24,000 nucleotides of DNA from Clostridia bacterium (GTDB lineage: Bacteria > Bacillota > Clostridia > TANB77 > CAG-508). How positions within the stretch are numbered: position 1 is the first letter of the stretch; each line of letters begins with the position of its first letter. Shown here piece by piece: positions 1 through 8,088 of the stretch. A program made the translations under genes and the position numbers. The notes under the pieces are model-generated. The model saw only the letters and a list, made by a program, of their open reading frames with translations. It did no database searches and had not been told where the DNA came from. The stretch is taken from positions 2,076 through 26,075 of the forward strand of contig JAFWDV010000017.1 of assembly GCA_017515985.1 (NCBI GenBank). Reading direction: 5' to 3'.

Positions 1-495
1 TTCTTTTATAGCGACGATGTTTTCTATTTTAGATAATTCTAGACATGTCTCTGGTAATATATTAACACCTGTTCTACTAGGTACACTATAAACTATTATT
101 GGTAGTGATGTACTACTAGCAATAGTCTTATAATGCTCAACTAAACCTTTTTGCGTTGTCTTATTATAGTATGGTGTTACTATTAATGCTCCATCTACTC
201 CGATAGACTCAGCATACTTTGTCATCTCTATAGCAGCCTTAGTATTGTTTGAACCCGTACCTGCTATAACTGGAATTCTACCTGATACTTTATCTACTAC
301 AAACTTAATAGTATCTTTACGCTCTTCGTCAGTCATAGTAGCCGCTTCTCCTGTTGTACCACATACAATAATAGCATCTACTCCCTCAGATATTTGTTTT
401 TCAATTAAATCTCCAAACACTTTAAAATTTACACCTGTTTCATCAAATGGTGTAGCTATAGCTGTTCCGCAACCTTTAAACAAAATCTTCTTCAT
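1..495 (-). CDS. dapA: 4-hydroxy-tetrahydrodipicolinate synthase (DapA), first 165 codons; 3' end runs off the window
   Basis: Open to the window edge, so absent from the ORF track. Reverse-strand translation from ATG 495-493 reads [60 protein letters not shown]...[10 protein letters not shown]...[14 protein letters not shown], a typical DapA N-terminus. RBS AGGAGG at 502-507. Confidence 0.9.
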   Translation of the reverse strand, partial: MKKILFKGCGTAIATPFDETGVNFKVFGDLIEKQISEGVDAIIVCGTTGEAATMTDEERKDTIKFVVDKVSGRIPVIAGTGSNNTKAAIEMTKYAESIGVDGALIVTPYYNKTTQKGLVEHYKTIASSTSLPIIVYSVPSRTGVNILPETCLELSKIENIVAIKE

Positions 496-601
496 AAAAA
501 ACCTCCTTTTTTATTTTACAAATCTTTGTTCGTATTAATATAAGTTCCCGTTAGTTACTCATTAATATATAATAAATACTTATTTATATCAATATGTTAT
601 T

Positions 602-1621
602 TTAATTCTTATTGATATATTTAATTAATCCATTTAGTATTTGAACAGCATTACCTCCTGCACCCTTTCTTGTATTATCTGCTACTACCCATAAATTAAC
701 CCCAGATTTTACACTATAGTCTCTTCTTATTCTACCTACTAAAACCTTATCCTGATTATTAGCATCCTTAGGCATTGGATAAATATTATTACTTATATCA
801 TCCTTTACTATTACCCCTGGAGCTTCTTTTAATGTTTCTATTAAATCATTTATTTCAAACTCTTTTTCAAATTCTACATTAATAGATTCACTATGAGAAT
901 TAAATACCGGTACTCTTACTGTAGTAGCTGTAATAGGTAGATTAGATCTTTTAAGAATCTTTCTTGTTTCATCAATCATCTTATGCTCTTCTTTGGTATA
1001 TCTATCATCAGTAAAATCATCTATATGAGGTATACAGTTATTGAATATATCATATGGAAACTTTTTTAATTCATATTTAGTATTAGCCACATAGTTCTCT
1101 ATAGCAGATTCTAAATCTTGTATTCCTCCAAGGCCTGCTCCAGATACTGCCTGATATGTTGAATATACAATTCTTTTTATTCTATACTTTCTATCCAGTG
1201 GGCTTAATGCAACCACAGCCTGTATAGTAGAGCAATTTGGATTAGCTATTATCCCATTATTACGCTCTGCATCTTCCATATTTACTTCAGGAACTACTAG
1301 TGGTACTTCTTTATCCATCCTATAAAAACTACTATTATCAATTACCGTACATTTGTTTTGTACTGCTATAGGTGCATACTTTTCTGAAACTTTTCCACCT
1401 GCTGTAAAAATTGCATAGTCGAAGCCATTATCGAAAGAATGTTCGTTTAATTCCTCCACCGTATATTCTTCATTATTAAATACTATCTTAGTACCTGCAG
1501 ATCTACTAGAAGAAAAGAACTTATATTCACTAATAGGTAAATTATATTTCTCTAAAACATTTCTAGTAACCCTTCCTACCACACCAGTTGCTCCAACGAG
1601 AGCTAATCTATATTTTTTCAT
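602..1621 (-). CDS. asd: aspartate-semialdehyde dehydrogenase
   Basis: LALVGATGVVG Rossmann N-terminus, active-site NPNCSTIQ, QAVSGAG. I place the start at ATG 1621-1619 (MKKYRL) behind GGTGAT, not at the TTG at 1633 used by the track. Confidence 0.9.
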   Translation of the reverse strand: MKKYRLALVGATGVVGRVTRNVLEKYNLPISEYKFFSSSRSAGTKIVFNNEEYTVEELNEHSFDNGFDYAIFTAGGKVSEKYAPIAVQNKCTVIDNSSFYRMDKEVPLVVPEVNMEDAERNNGIIANPNCSTIQAVVALSPLDRKYRIKRIVYSTYQAVSGAGLGGIQDLESAIENYVANTKYELKKFPYDIFNNCIPHIDDFTDDRYTKEEHKMIDETRKILKRSNLPITATTVRVPVFNSHSESINVEFEKEFEINDLIETLKEAPGVIVKDDISNNIYPMPKDANNQDKVLVGRIRRDYSVKSGVNLWVVADNTRKGAGGNAVQILNGLIKYINKN

Positions 1622-1694
1622 ATTAATCACCAACCCCTTCTATTAATTGTATAGAAGTATTGTTTATTTATTACATGTTTTTATTTTACACTAC

Positions 1695-1735
1695 AAAAAA
1701 ATTCAGTCATACTTTCTATCAAAAGTATAACTGAA
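1695..1735 (-). terminator. Rho-independent terminator downstream of the 653-aa gene
   Basis: Minus strand reads ttcagt-tat-acttt tgatag aaagt-atg-actgaa followed by TTTTTTT. Confidence 0.5.
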
Positions 1736-1756
1736 CTTAAAAAAGTATTATTTATT

Positions 1757-3718
1757 CTAATAATCATAATCATTATCATCTATAAACAATCTATCTGAAT
1801 CAGAATCATCATACATCATCGTTTCTACCGGTTCTAAATATATTTCATCTATATCATCATTATCATAACTATATTCTCTAACTGGATACTTGTATGCACC
1901 TTGATATATAGTACTTCCTAACTCGCTTTCAATCTGACATTCAATACCGCTCTTAAAATCGCGATCATTATCACGAGCACTATTAATATTATAATATAAT
2001 TCACCGTTTTTAATCTTCTCTATAATTTGCTCCGATGTAATTCTCACAAAACCTTTTTTATCTTCCCAAATATACATAATACAATTATTCTCTGCAAAAT
2101 TATCAAAGCCACCATTAATAAATAACAATGGTTTTATTTTAACTTTATTATTTTCATCGAGAATATATAATCTATCTAGAAAGTCAACAGAATCAACTCC
2201 AAGAAACCAAAACTTGAAATTACTTAGTAAAGATCTCTTTATAGTATTATCATTTGCCATATGTGGCTCAAGAGCAAGTAGTATTCGATTAATAAGTTTA
2301 ACCTTAATTGCAAAAGATTTTCTATTTTCCAAACCATTCTCGCCACATGGATATACAAATATTCCAGGTACACATCCAGCTTCCTCAAATGATTTTAGCA
2401 TCTTCAAAACAATTTCATATTCACTTTCATCTATAGGCTCTTTTTTTAATGCCCTAATAAAGAAATCTTTATATATTCCATATTCTTTGCTTGAAAATGG
2501 TCTTTTGATTCTAGCTTTAATTCCGTTAAATTTTTTTTCTAATTGTCCAAGACAAACTTTGAGCTTTTTGAATTCACCATCTATATACACTTCTTGAATT
2601 TGTCTATTTTGTTTATCTAAAGAAATTTTTATAAAATTTGATGTCTTAAAACCCAGTTTTGATCTATCCATATCTGTTAATCGAAACGCATATTGTTCTA
2701 CACTTGCCATAAGTTCATTTTGTACTTGAGTTCCATCTGCAATGTACATACCAGCATCATTATCCAGGAACAAAACTCTTTTATGAACATGTGAATGCGA
2801 AATAAATGCTTTTATATTTACCTCATTTAATAATCTCGAATATAAGAAAGCCCATGACCTACATGCTATATTATTATTATCTAGTGTGATTTCAGCTGGA
2901 TTTTTATAGTATGTTTTATATATTTCTAGATAATTATTTTCTTTCATTGTCAAATCTCTTTGGTCCTCTATATGCATTATTTCATCATAAGCTAAATTTC
3001 TATTTAAAGCAACAAATAATTGATATGCGAGTTCAACTTGCTCTTCATTTGTTCTATTTTTCTTATTTAGCAAATCTTGAGACACTTCACTAAATATTTT
3101 AGCTTTTAGCTTATCATCTATTTCATATTTTTCATCTTTTATGCCATCAAAACTGTATTGCCTTCTTTCACAATACATCCTTAAAAGATGCATATTTCGA
3201 AGTTGTTTGTCATTTTCTGTTTTTATATTATTCTTTGTAAAGTAGTCGCATATACTTCCTTTACTTAAAACGTATTCACAAAGCTCTTCGTAATTAGTTC
3301 CTTTAATTTGAATTTTTCCGTAAAAAAATGCCTTTAATTTTTCCTCATCATTTATTAATTCTATTACAATTTTTCTAAATTTAGAATTTCTTTCAACAAA
3401 ATCTGAGTCATACTCAAAATCAAAAGAATCACTATAATCAAAACACATAAAAACCGATTGACTTATGTCTTTACATCTTTTAGCAATATTTATTTGCATT
3501 TTGTTGAATTTATATCCATGTTGTCTCAGATAATAAAAGTATTCAATTGTATAATTTGCGTATAAGTCTCCTTCGGAATAATCACAGTTTTTACATTTCT
3601 TTTTATTGTTTAATACATATCTTTTAAAACTCTCTTCATTACTTAATATTTCTCTTACAATGCTCTGCTGAATAATAAAATCTGACTGATTATTCTTTAA
3701 AAACGTTTTAATATTCAT
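1757..3718 (-). CDS. large hypothetical protein with a transglutaminase-like (Cys-His-Asp) core and acidic C-terminal tail
   Basis: 653-aa ORF with RBS GAGGAG before the ATG. The middle reads ACRSWAFLYSRLLNEVNIKAF..HVHKRVLFLDNDAGMYIADGT, matching the order and spacing of the transglutaminase-like cysteine-protease core. D/Y-rich tail DDSDSDRLFIDDNDYDY. The rest is unrecognised. Confidence 0.6.
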   Translation of the reverse strand: MNIKTFLKNNQSDFIIQQSIVREILSNEESFKRYVLNNKKKCKNCDYSEGDLYANYTIEYFYYLRQHGYKFNKMQINIAKRCKDISQSVFMCFDYSDSFDFEYDSDFVERNSKFRKIVIELINDEEKLKAFFYGKIQIKGTNYEELCEYVLSKGSICDYFTKNNIKTENDKQLRNMHLLRMYCERRQYSFDGIKDEKYEIDDKLKAKIFSEVSQDLLNKKNRTNEEQVELAYQLFVALNRNLAYDEIMHIEDQRDLTMKENNYLEIYKTYYKNPAEITLDNNNIACRSWAFLYSRLLNEVNIKAFISHSHVHKRVLFLDNDAGMYIADGTQVQNELMASVEQYAFRLTDMDRSKLGFKTSNFIKISLDKQNRQIQEVYIDGEFKKLKVCLGQLEKKFNGIKARIKRPFSSKEYGIYKDFFIRALKKEPIDESEYEIVLKMLKSFEEAGCVPGIFVYPCGENGLENRKSFAIKVKLINRILLALEPHMANDNTIKRSLLSNFKFWFLGVDSVDFLDRLYILDENNKVKIKPLLFINGGFDNFAENNCIMYIWEDKKGFVRITSEQIIEKIKNGELYYNINSARDNDRDFKSGIECQIESELGSTIYQGAYKYPVREYSYDNDDIDEIYLEPVETMMYDDSDSDRLFIDDNDYDY

Positions 3719-3845
3719 AATTCAACTCCTCAAAACAATCTATTTTAGTTGACATAATATTAATTGTATCATGATATATAATTTTTGTCAATTAATATGA
3801 ATTACTACTCCTCTGTGCGTTGTTTGTGAAGCTTTTATAATATAG

Positions 3846-3885
3846 AAAAACCCGCACAACTTCTCTTTCTGTTGCGCGGGCTTTT
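3846..3885 (-). terminator. Rho-independent terminator after the 76-aa gene
   Basis: cccgcacaac/gttgcgcggg 10-bp stem (3851-3880). The single non-Watson-Crick position is G.U only on the minus strand, and a T-run follows on the minus strand. Confidence 0.55.
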
Positions 3886-3941
3886 AAAATTCTTTTGTTC
3901 CTTCTATATAAAAGACCTACCTACATCCTTGCGATGGGTAG

Positions 3942-4172
3942 TCAGGCGTACATCAGGTCGGAAAGGCTCTTGAACATTTCGTGAGCCGGGGCAGTTTCTG
4001 CAAAGGTAATCGTCAGCTTACCGAAGCTATCCTGCCATTCTAACTTGAACTCTGCTGTCCCCAACTTTAACGAATTCTTCTTGAACTCGGTAAAGTCCTC
4101 GTCATTGCCAGTCTGGCAAACGATGGTGACAGTTTTGCCTTTGATACGGACGGAACGAATTTTCTTGTTCAT
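3942..4172 (-). CDS. small hypothetical protein (76 aa) in higher-GC island 1
   Basis: ORF with RBS GGGAGG 7 nt before the ATG. Own promoter and terminator. Markedly higher GC than the flanks. No family recognised. Confidence 0.6.
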   Translation of the reverse strand: MNKKIRSVRIKGKTVTIVCQTGNDEDFTEFKKNSLKLGTAEFKLEWQDSFGKLTITFAETAPAHEMFKSLSDLMYA

Positions 4173-4258
4173 TTTGATACCTCCCGGTAATTATACATTC
4201 TTGGAGGTATGAACACCCCCCAAGAAAGGTGTTCATATCGAACACTGTGATAGCTGAT

Positions 4259-4287
4259 ATTTTATAACAAATTTATTAATATGTCAA
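4259..4287 (-). promoter_or_regulatory. sigma-A type promoter for the 76-aa gene
   Basis: Minus strand TTGACA (4287-4282), 17 nt, TAAAAT (4264-4259). A perfect 10-bp hairpin tatgaacacc/ggtgttcata (4208-4237) lies in the 5' UTR. Confidence 0.45.
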
Positions 4288-4350
4288 TAATTTTAGGGAG
4301 CTTTGCATATTGCATCGCTCCCTTCTGCGGATTGTTTGATTTGATTTTTT

Positions 4351-4815
4351 TTAGTTCTTGTTTCGTACCTCGTAGATGAAAACCTTTTCCTCACATTCCT
4401 TGTTATGAAGAATACCACACTGCCAACCGAGATCAAAAAGGAACTTTCTGAAGTTCGGATCAAGCCACTTGATAATCTTCACGTTTTCATCCAGTACAGC
4501 AGAATTGTGAACTATCGGACTAATACCTTTCTTAGAGCCAACATACACGTCATCAAAAGAAATAGTATACTCAGATGCTTTTTTCGGGAAATCATTTGGA
4601 GCCCACTTAAGGGTAAAACCTCGAATCTCAGCCGTGTAGAACTTGGAGCAAAACTCCTTATCGCTCTTGAGCTTTGAAAGCAGGGTTTCCGAAAAAAGTG
4701 TCATAGTATACACCAAACAAGACTCCTTCACGGAATCAATCAAACTTGCGTACACAAAATCATCATGCCCCTCAAAAAACTTTTCGGGAGTTTGAATATT
4801 GTGATTGTGATGCAT
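4351..4815 (-). CDS. hypothetical protein (154 aa) in higher-GC island 1
   Basis: ORF. I prefer ATG 4815-4813 (MHHNHN), 11 nt after AAGGAG, because the GTG at 4827 overlaps the RBS. No family recognised. Confidence 0.6.
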   Translation of the reverse strand: MHHNHNIQTPEKFFEGHDDFVYASLIDSVKESCLVYTMTLFSETLLSKLKSDKEFCSKFYTAEIRGFTLKWAPNDFPKKASEYTISFDDVYVGSKKGISPIVHNSAVLDENVKIIKWLDPNFRKFLFDLGWQCGILHNKECEEKVFIYEVRNKN

Positions 4816-4881
4816 AAAAACTTGCACTCCTTTCGTACAATCCGCAGCTAACCAATGTCCTTGAACATCAGTAATAGACGG

Positions 4882-4910
4882 ATTATATCACAAAGTTGCT
4901 TTAAATGCAA
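4882..4910 (-). promoter_or_regulatory. sigma-A type promoter for the 154-aa gene
   Basis: Minus strand TTGCAT (4910-4905), 17 nt, TATAAT (4887-4882). Confidence 0.45.
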
Positions 4911-4939
4911 ATATTATGTTATCCTCATAGTACTTGTAA

Positions 4940-5287
4940 TTACCTACTTAACTTATATAGAGCATATTGATTAAGTGAAACTCCCTCTTCCTGTGCTTCA
5001 ATTGATAGCTGATAGTGCAATGATTTTGGTATTCTAACAACAAATTTTCCACTGTAATTCTCACTTACTATAGGCATTGGAATGCTTATATTATGTTCGA
5101 TCTTAATTTCAATCCATTCCTTCATTGCTTCCTTTAAGCTCTTATATGCTTCTTCAAAAGAATTACCAGTGCTTTGGCATCCATCGAGCTCTAAAACCTT
5201 AGCATAGAAGTAATCTCCACTTTCATCTTTTATTGGTTGAATTATATAATTGTATGGTAAATTCATATAATAATCAACATTTTTCAT
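4940..5287 (-). CDS. hicB: HicB-family type II antitoxin
   Basis: 115 aa. N-terminal HicB fold signature (YYAKVLELDGCQSTGNSFEEAYKSLKEAMKEWIE) and a C-terminal ribbon-helix-helix-like tail (GKFVVRIPKSLHYQLSIEAQEEGVSLNQYALYKL). Confidence 0.8.
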   Translation of the reverse strand: MKNVDYYMNLPYNYIIQPIKDESGDYFYAKVLELDGCQSTGNSFEEAYKSLKEAMKEWIEIKIEHNISIPMPIVSENYSGKFVVRIPKSLHYQLSIEAQEEGVSLNQYALYKLSR

Positions 5288-5345
5288 ATAAAACCTCCTT
5301 AATCTTGTTCTTCATCTTTAGTACAATTTTTTGAATATCAGGCAT
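5274..5345 (-). CDS. 23-codon upstream ORF, possibly a degenerate hicA remnant
   Basis: Strong RBS AAGGAGGAG 5 nt before ATG 5345-5343. Translation MPDIQKIVLKMKNKIKEVLYEKC*. Its stop overlaps the hicB start (coupled). Too short to be a HicA toxin. Confidence 0.25.
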   Translation of the reverse strand: MPDIQKIVLKMKNKIKEVLYEKC

Positions 5346-5368
5346 AACACTCCTCCTTTTATGCTCTG

Positions 5369-5408
5369 ACATCAGTATTATGATACTATATATGATACTG
5401 ATGTGTCA
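5369..5408 (-). promoter_or_regulatory. palindromic operator overlapping a putative hicB promoter
   Basis: Perfect 10-bp inverted repeat acatcagtat (5369-5378) / atactgatgt (5395-5404). Minus-strand TTGACA at 5408-5403 with TATCAT about 18 nt downstream. Confidence 0.4.
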
Positions 5409-5530
5409 ATGTATTTTTTGAAATTATGGCAGACATGCCAAGAAATAAAACATATACGATTTTATAAACTAAATACCATTATATACAAATTGGAGCATTT
5501 TGCAAGAAAAATCGTGCTACAAATTTCGAC

Positions 5531-5566
5531 AAAAAAAACAGACTATAGTTTAAAGCCTATAGTCCG
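5531..5566 (-). terminator. Rho-independent terminator after the dGTPase-family gene
   Basis: gactatag/ctatagtc 8-bp stem (5541-5564) followed on the minus strand by TTTTTTTT (5538-5531). Confidence 0.6.
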
Positions 5567-5584
5567 CTTTGTACTTAAAATTTC

Positions 5585-6799
5585 TTAGAAACTAATAATC
5601 TCGTTATATATATTAATTACAAAATTATCTGTCATTCCTGCTATAAAATCGATTATAGCTCTACAGTAATCTTGCTCTGTATATTTGTAGACTATCTTGT
5701 TCTTCAAGTTTGTTCCTTGTCTTTCAGTTAATTCCCAATACTTATTAAGCCATTTTCTAAATTGTAGCATTGTATCTGGATAAAACTTCTCCGCTTCTTT
5801 AAAGTTATTCTCTATATCCTCATAGCTCTCAGCATATAAACCTTTAAGAGTGTTGTAAATTCTATTAATTAAAACTCTGAAATACTCATTAGATCCATCT
5901 AAACGTTTATGCAAATAAATGTTCTTATAATTAAAAGCCTTTATTTTGTTCATTAAATTTAGTTTTTCCTCTGAGAAGCATAATCCTTTTTCTATACTAC
6001 TATTATTACATAAATCTATTATCAACTCATTAATAATATTAGGATTATTTAGAGTATCTTCGCTTTTAATATTTAGTATCTCTTTTAGCTCTTCTATATT
6101 ATCTTTAGTTAATAACTTCAAATGAATAGCATCCTCTAAGTCTCTTCCCAAGTATGAAATCTTATCGGAAATTTTTACAACGCAGCCTTCCCATGTATAT
6201 GGGTTATAATGATTCGGCATAGTATATTCTTTAGCCAAATCTATATATTCGGATCTAGGTTTAACGCAATTCTCATCAATCTCACCGCAATGAGAAATAA
6301 TACCATCACGAACTGCATATGTTAAATCAAGGTTCTTTAGATTTCCATCCTCATCTTCTAATAGCTCTATATCATCTACAAAGTGAAGACCATTTCTTTC
6401 GTGCCAGAAAGATTCACCAAGGTCTCTCTTAGCTATTTCGTTAAGTACAACTTCACCTTTATGGCCAAAAGGACTATGTCCCAAGTCATGCGCTATTGAT
6501 ATAGCTTTCGTAAGCTCTGTATTTAACCCTAGATAGTTCGCTATTGTATTACTTATAGACTCAACATAGTTAACATGCTCTATTCTTGTGCATACATGGT
6601 CACTTGCTGGTGAAAAGAATACCTGTGTTTTATGTTTTAATCTTCTATATGCATTACAATGAAGTATTCTAGTATAATCTCTAGCAAACTCACTACGAAT
6701 ATCTCCGCTTCTAGAATATAAATTTTCCTCTCTCTTAATTAAGTTCTCCCAATTAAGGCTTTGCTCTGTTGCAGCCACGCTCTTAAAACTATCTTTCAT
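5585..6799 (-). CDS. dGTP triphosphohydrolase-family HD-domain protein
   Basis: 404 aa. RSEFARDYTRILHCNAYRRLKHKTQVF, then DHVCTRIEHVNYV and AHDLGHSPFGH, the conserved N-terminal block of dGTPase-like triphosphohydrolases. RBS GGGAGG. Confidence 0.85.
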   Translation of the reverse strand: MKDSFKSVAATEQSLNWENLIKREENLYSRSGDIRSEFARDYTRILHCNAYRRLKHKTQVFFSPASDHVCTRIEHVNYVESISNTIANYLGLNTELTKAISIAHDLGHSPFGHKGEVVLNEIAKRDLGESFWHERNGLHFVDDIELLEDEDGNLKNLDLTYAVRDGIISHCGEIDENCVKPRSEYIDLAKEYTMPNHYNPYTWEGCVVKISDKISYLGRDLEDAIHLKLLTKDNIEELKEILNIKSEDTLNNPNIINELIIDLCNNSSIEKGLCFSEEKLNLMNKIKAFNYKNIYLHKRLDGSNEYFRVLINRIYNTLKGLYAESYEDIENNFKEAEKFYPDTMLQFRKWLNKYWELTERQGTNLKNKIVYKYTEQDYCRAIIDFIAGMTDNFVINIYNEIISF

Positions 6800-6831
6800 A
6801 TGTACCTCCCGATATTTTTCTAATAGTGATA

Positions 6832-7296
6832 TTATTCATCTATATTTATATAGTAAAGTTTTTCACCACATTTTAAATCTTCCATAAATATGGCACCAAA
6901 CTGTTCATAGTAATTCTTTAAGTCTGATTTCAAATATAATTTCTTATATCCTCTTGCTCTAGCTTCTCGTATTATAGCATCGTTAAGAATTTTTGAATAG
7001 CCATTGCCTCTATATTTTTCTTTTACATACATCGTAGCATACCACGGTGTCAAATCTGTACGCTCATCTCCATCTGTTGGGAATATTGATATAAACCCAA
7101 TTAATTCATTTTCATTTACTAAAATAAGCTTGCAGAAATTAGAGCTCTCCATTTTACTTTTCAAACTACAAATTTTCTTATCTATGTTTTTTTCGAATTC
7201 ATCAATGCTTGAATCTGGCTCTCCCCATTCATTATGCTCTAATATAGCAATCTCTCTAATAAATTCTGGTCTATCTTTTAAATTATATATCTCCAT
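6832..7296 (-). CDS. GNAT-family N-acetyltransferase
   Basis: 154 aa. Acetyl-CoA binding-type segment YVKEKYRGNGYSKILNDAIIREARARGYKKLYL typical of GNAT motif A. Confidence 0.7.
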   Translation of the reverse strand: MEIYNLKDRPEFIREIAILEHNEWGEPDSSIDEFEKNIDKKICSLKSKMESSNFCKLILVNENELIGFISIFPTDGDERTDLTPWYATMYVKEKYRGNGYSKILNDAIIREARARGYKKLYLKSDLKNYYEQFGAIFMEDLKCGEKLYYINIDE

Positions 7297-7362
7297 TTAT
7301 ATTTCCTTTCTATCTCTAATAATATCGAAAAAGAATTTAACATCTGTTACTTGCTTTCAATT

Positions 7363-7956
7363 TCACTTATCAGTAATCTTTATCTCTGGGAATAACTCAT
7401 ATACACTACATCCAAGCATTTCATCTAGCTCATCTCTTAATTTAAGAGCCTCTTTAATGTGATAAACTGTATTAGTATCAACACCTCTTCTTGTCATTAT
7501 CTCAATCAATCTTTGCTCTAAAATCATAAATTTATTTGTACACATTAAATCGCAAAAATTTATAATTTTTTCATATATGGTATACTCATGATTTTTAACA
7601 AATTCTTTTCTAAATTCATATCCATCACTTTGAGGGCTTGGAACACCACCTGCAGTACAATTTATATCATTGTTTAGGTATGAATGCGTTATGCATATAT
7701 TCGCATATTCATCATCATACCCTAGCTCTTTTATGAACTTATATCCATTTATTACATGATGAGTATGCTCTCCATATCTTTTACCTATATCGTGTATAAG
7801 ACCTAACACCTCTGCTTTTTCTGTATCTAAATTAAGTTTTTCAGCAAATCTTCTTGATGCATCTCCAACTTTTTTTGAATGCTCAATCCATCTCCCAGGA
7901 TTTAATTCTTCCGCTTCTCCCAATAATTTTAGAGCTTTCTCTTTATTTAATCTCAT
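7363..7956 (-). CDS. HD/HDIG-domain phosphohydrolase
   Basis: 197 aa. H..(26 aa)..LIHDIGK metal-binding signature and a later H/D pattern. Confidence 0.75.
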   Translation of the reverse strand: MRLNKEKALKLLGEAEELNPGRWIEHSKKVGDASRRFAEKLNLDTEKAEVLGLIHDIGKRYGEHTHHVINGYKFIKELGYDDEYANICITHSYLNNDINCTAGGVPSPQSDGYEFRKEFVKNHEYTIYEKIINFCDLMCTNKFMILEQRLIEIMTRRGVDTNTVYHIKEALKLRDELDEMLGCSVYELFPEIKITDK

Positions 7957-8046
7957 TTTTTTCTCCTTTGCATTTTTTATTCTGAATTATCCAAAAAGAT
8001 TTTTTGACAGTATAACATATAACACATTTATCTTCAAATAATCCAT

Positions 8047-8076
8047 AAAAAAACCAGGAGCATTATTTCTCCCAGC
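8047..8076 (-). terminator. probable terminator after ppdK
   Basis: Minus strand gctgggag aaataatg ctcctggt (7 bp including G.U pairs) followed by TTTTTTT. Confidence 0.4.
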
Positions 8077-8088
8077 TTTTTTATCTAA

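Noticed and set aside
245-538. 97-aa plus-strand ORF from the track
   Set aside because: It lies antisense to a clearly recognisable dapA reading frame, has no RBS, and its low-complexity translation is typical of the reverse frame of an AT-rich gene.
496-1756. Lysine riboswitch (L-box) or T-box upstream of dapA/asd
   Set aside because: The intergenic spacers (496-601 and 1622-1694) are too short and AT-rich, and show none of the conserved L-box or T-box helices.
2214-3093. Plus-strand ORFs 2214-2597 and 2911-3093
   Set aside because: They are antisense shadows inside the 653-aa minus-strand gene, with no SD and an Ile/Leu/Phe/Ser-rich composition.
4324-4846. 11-bp inverted repeat CTGCGGATTGT / ACAATCCGCAG flanking the 154-aa gene, considered as possible MITE/IS ends
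   Set aside because: It is short, does not extend beyond 11 bp, has no target-site duplication and no transposase. It could be chance or a remnant, which is too weak to call.
7004-7462. 152-aa plus-strand ORF spanning the GNAT/HD gene junction
   Set aside because: It is antisense to two well-supported minus-strand genes, with no RBS and a low-complexity S/L/I/F sequence.
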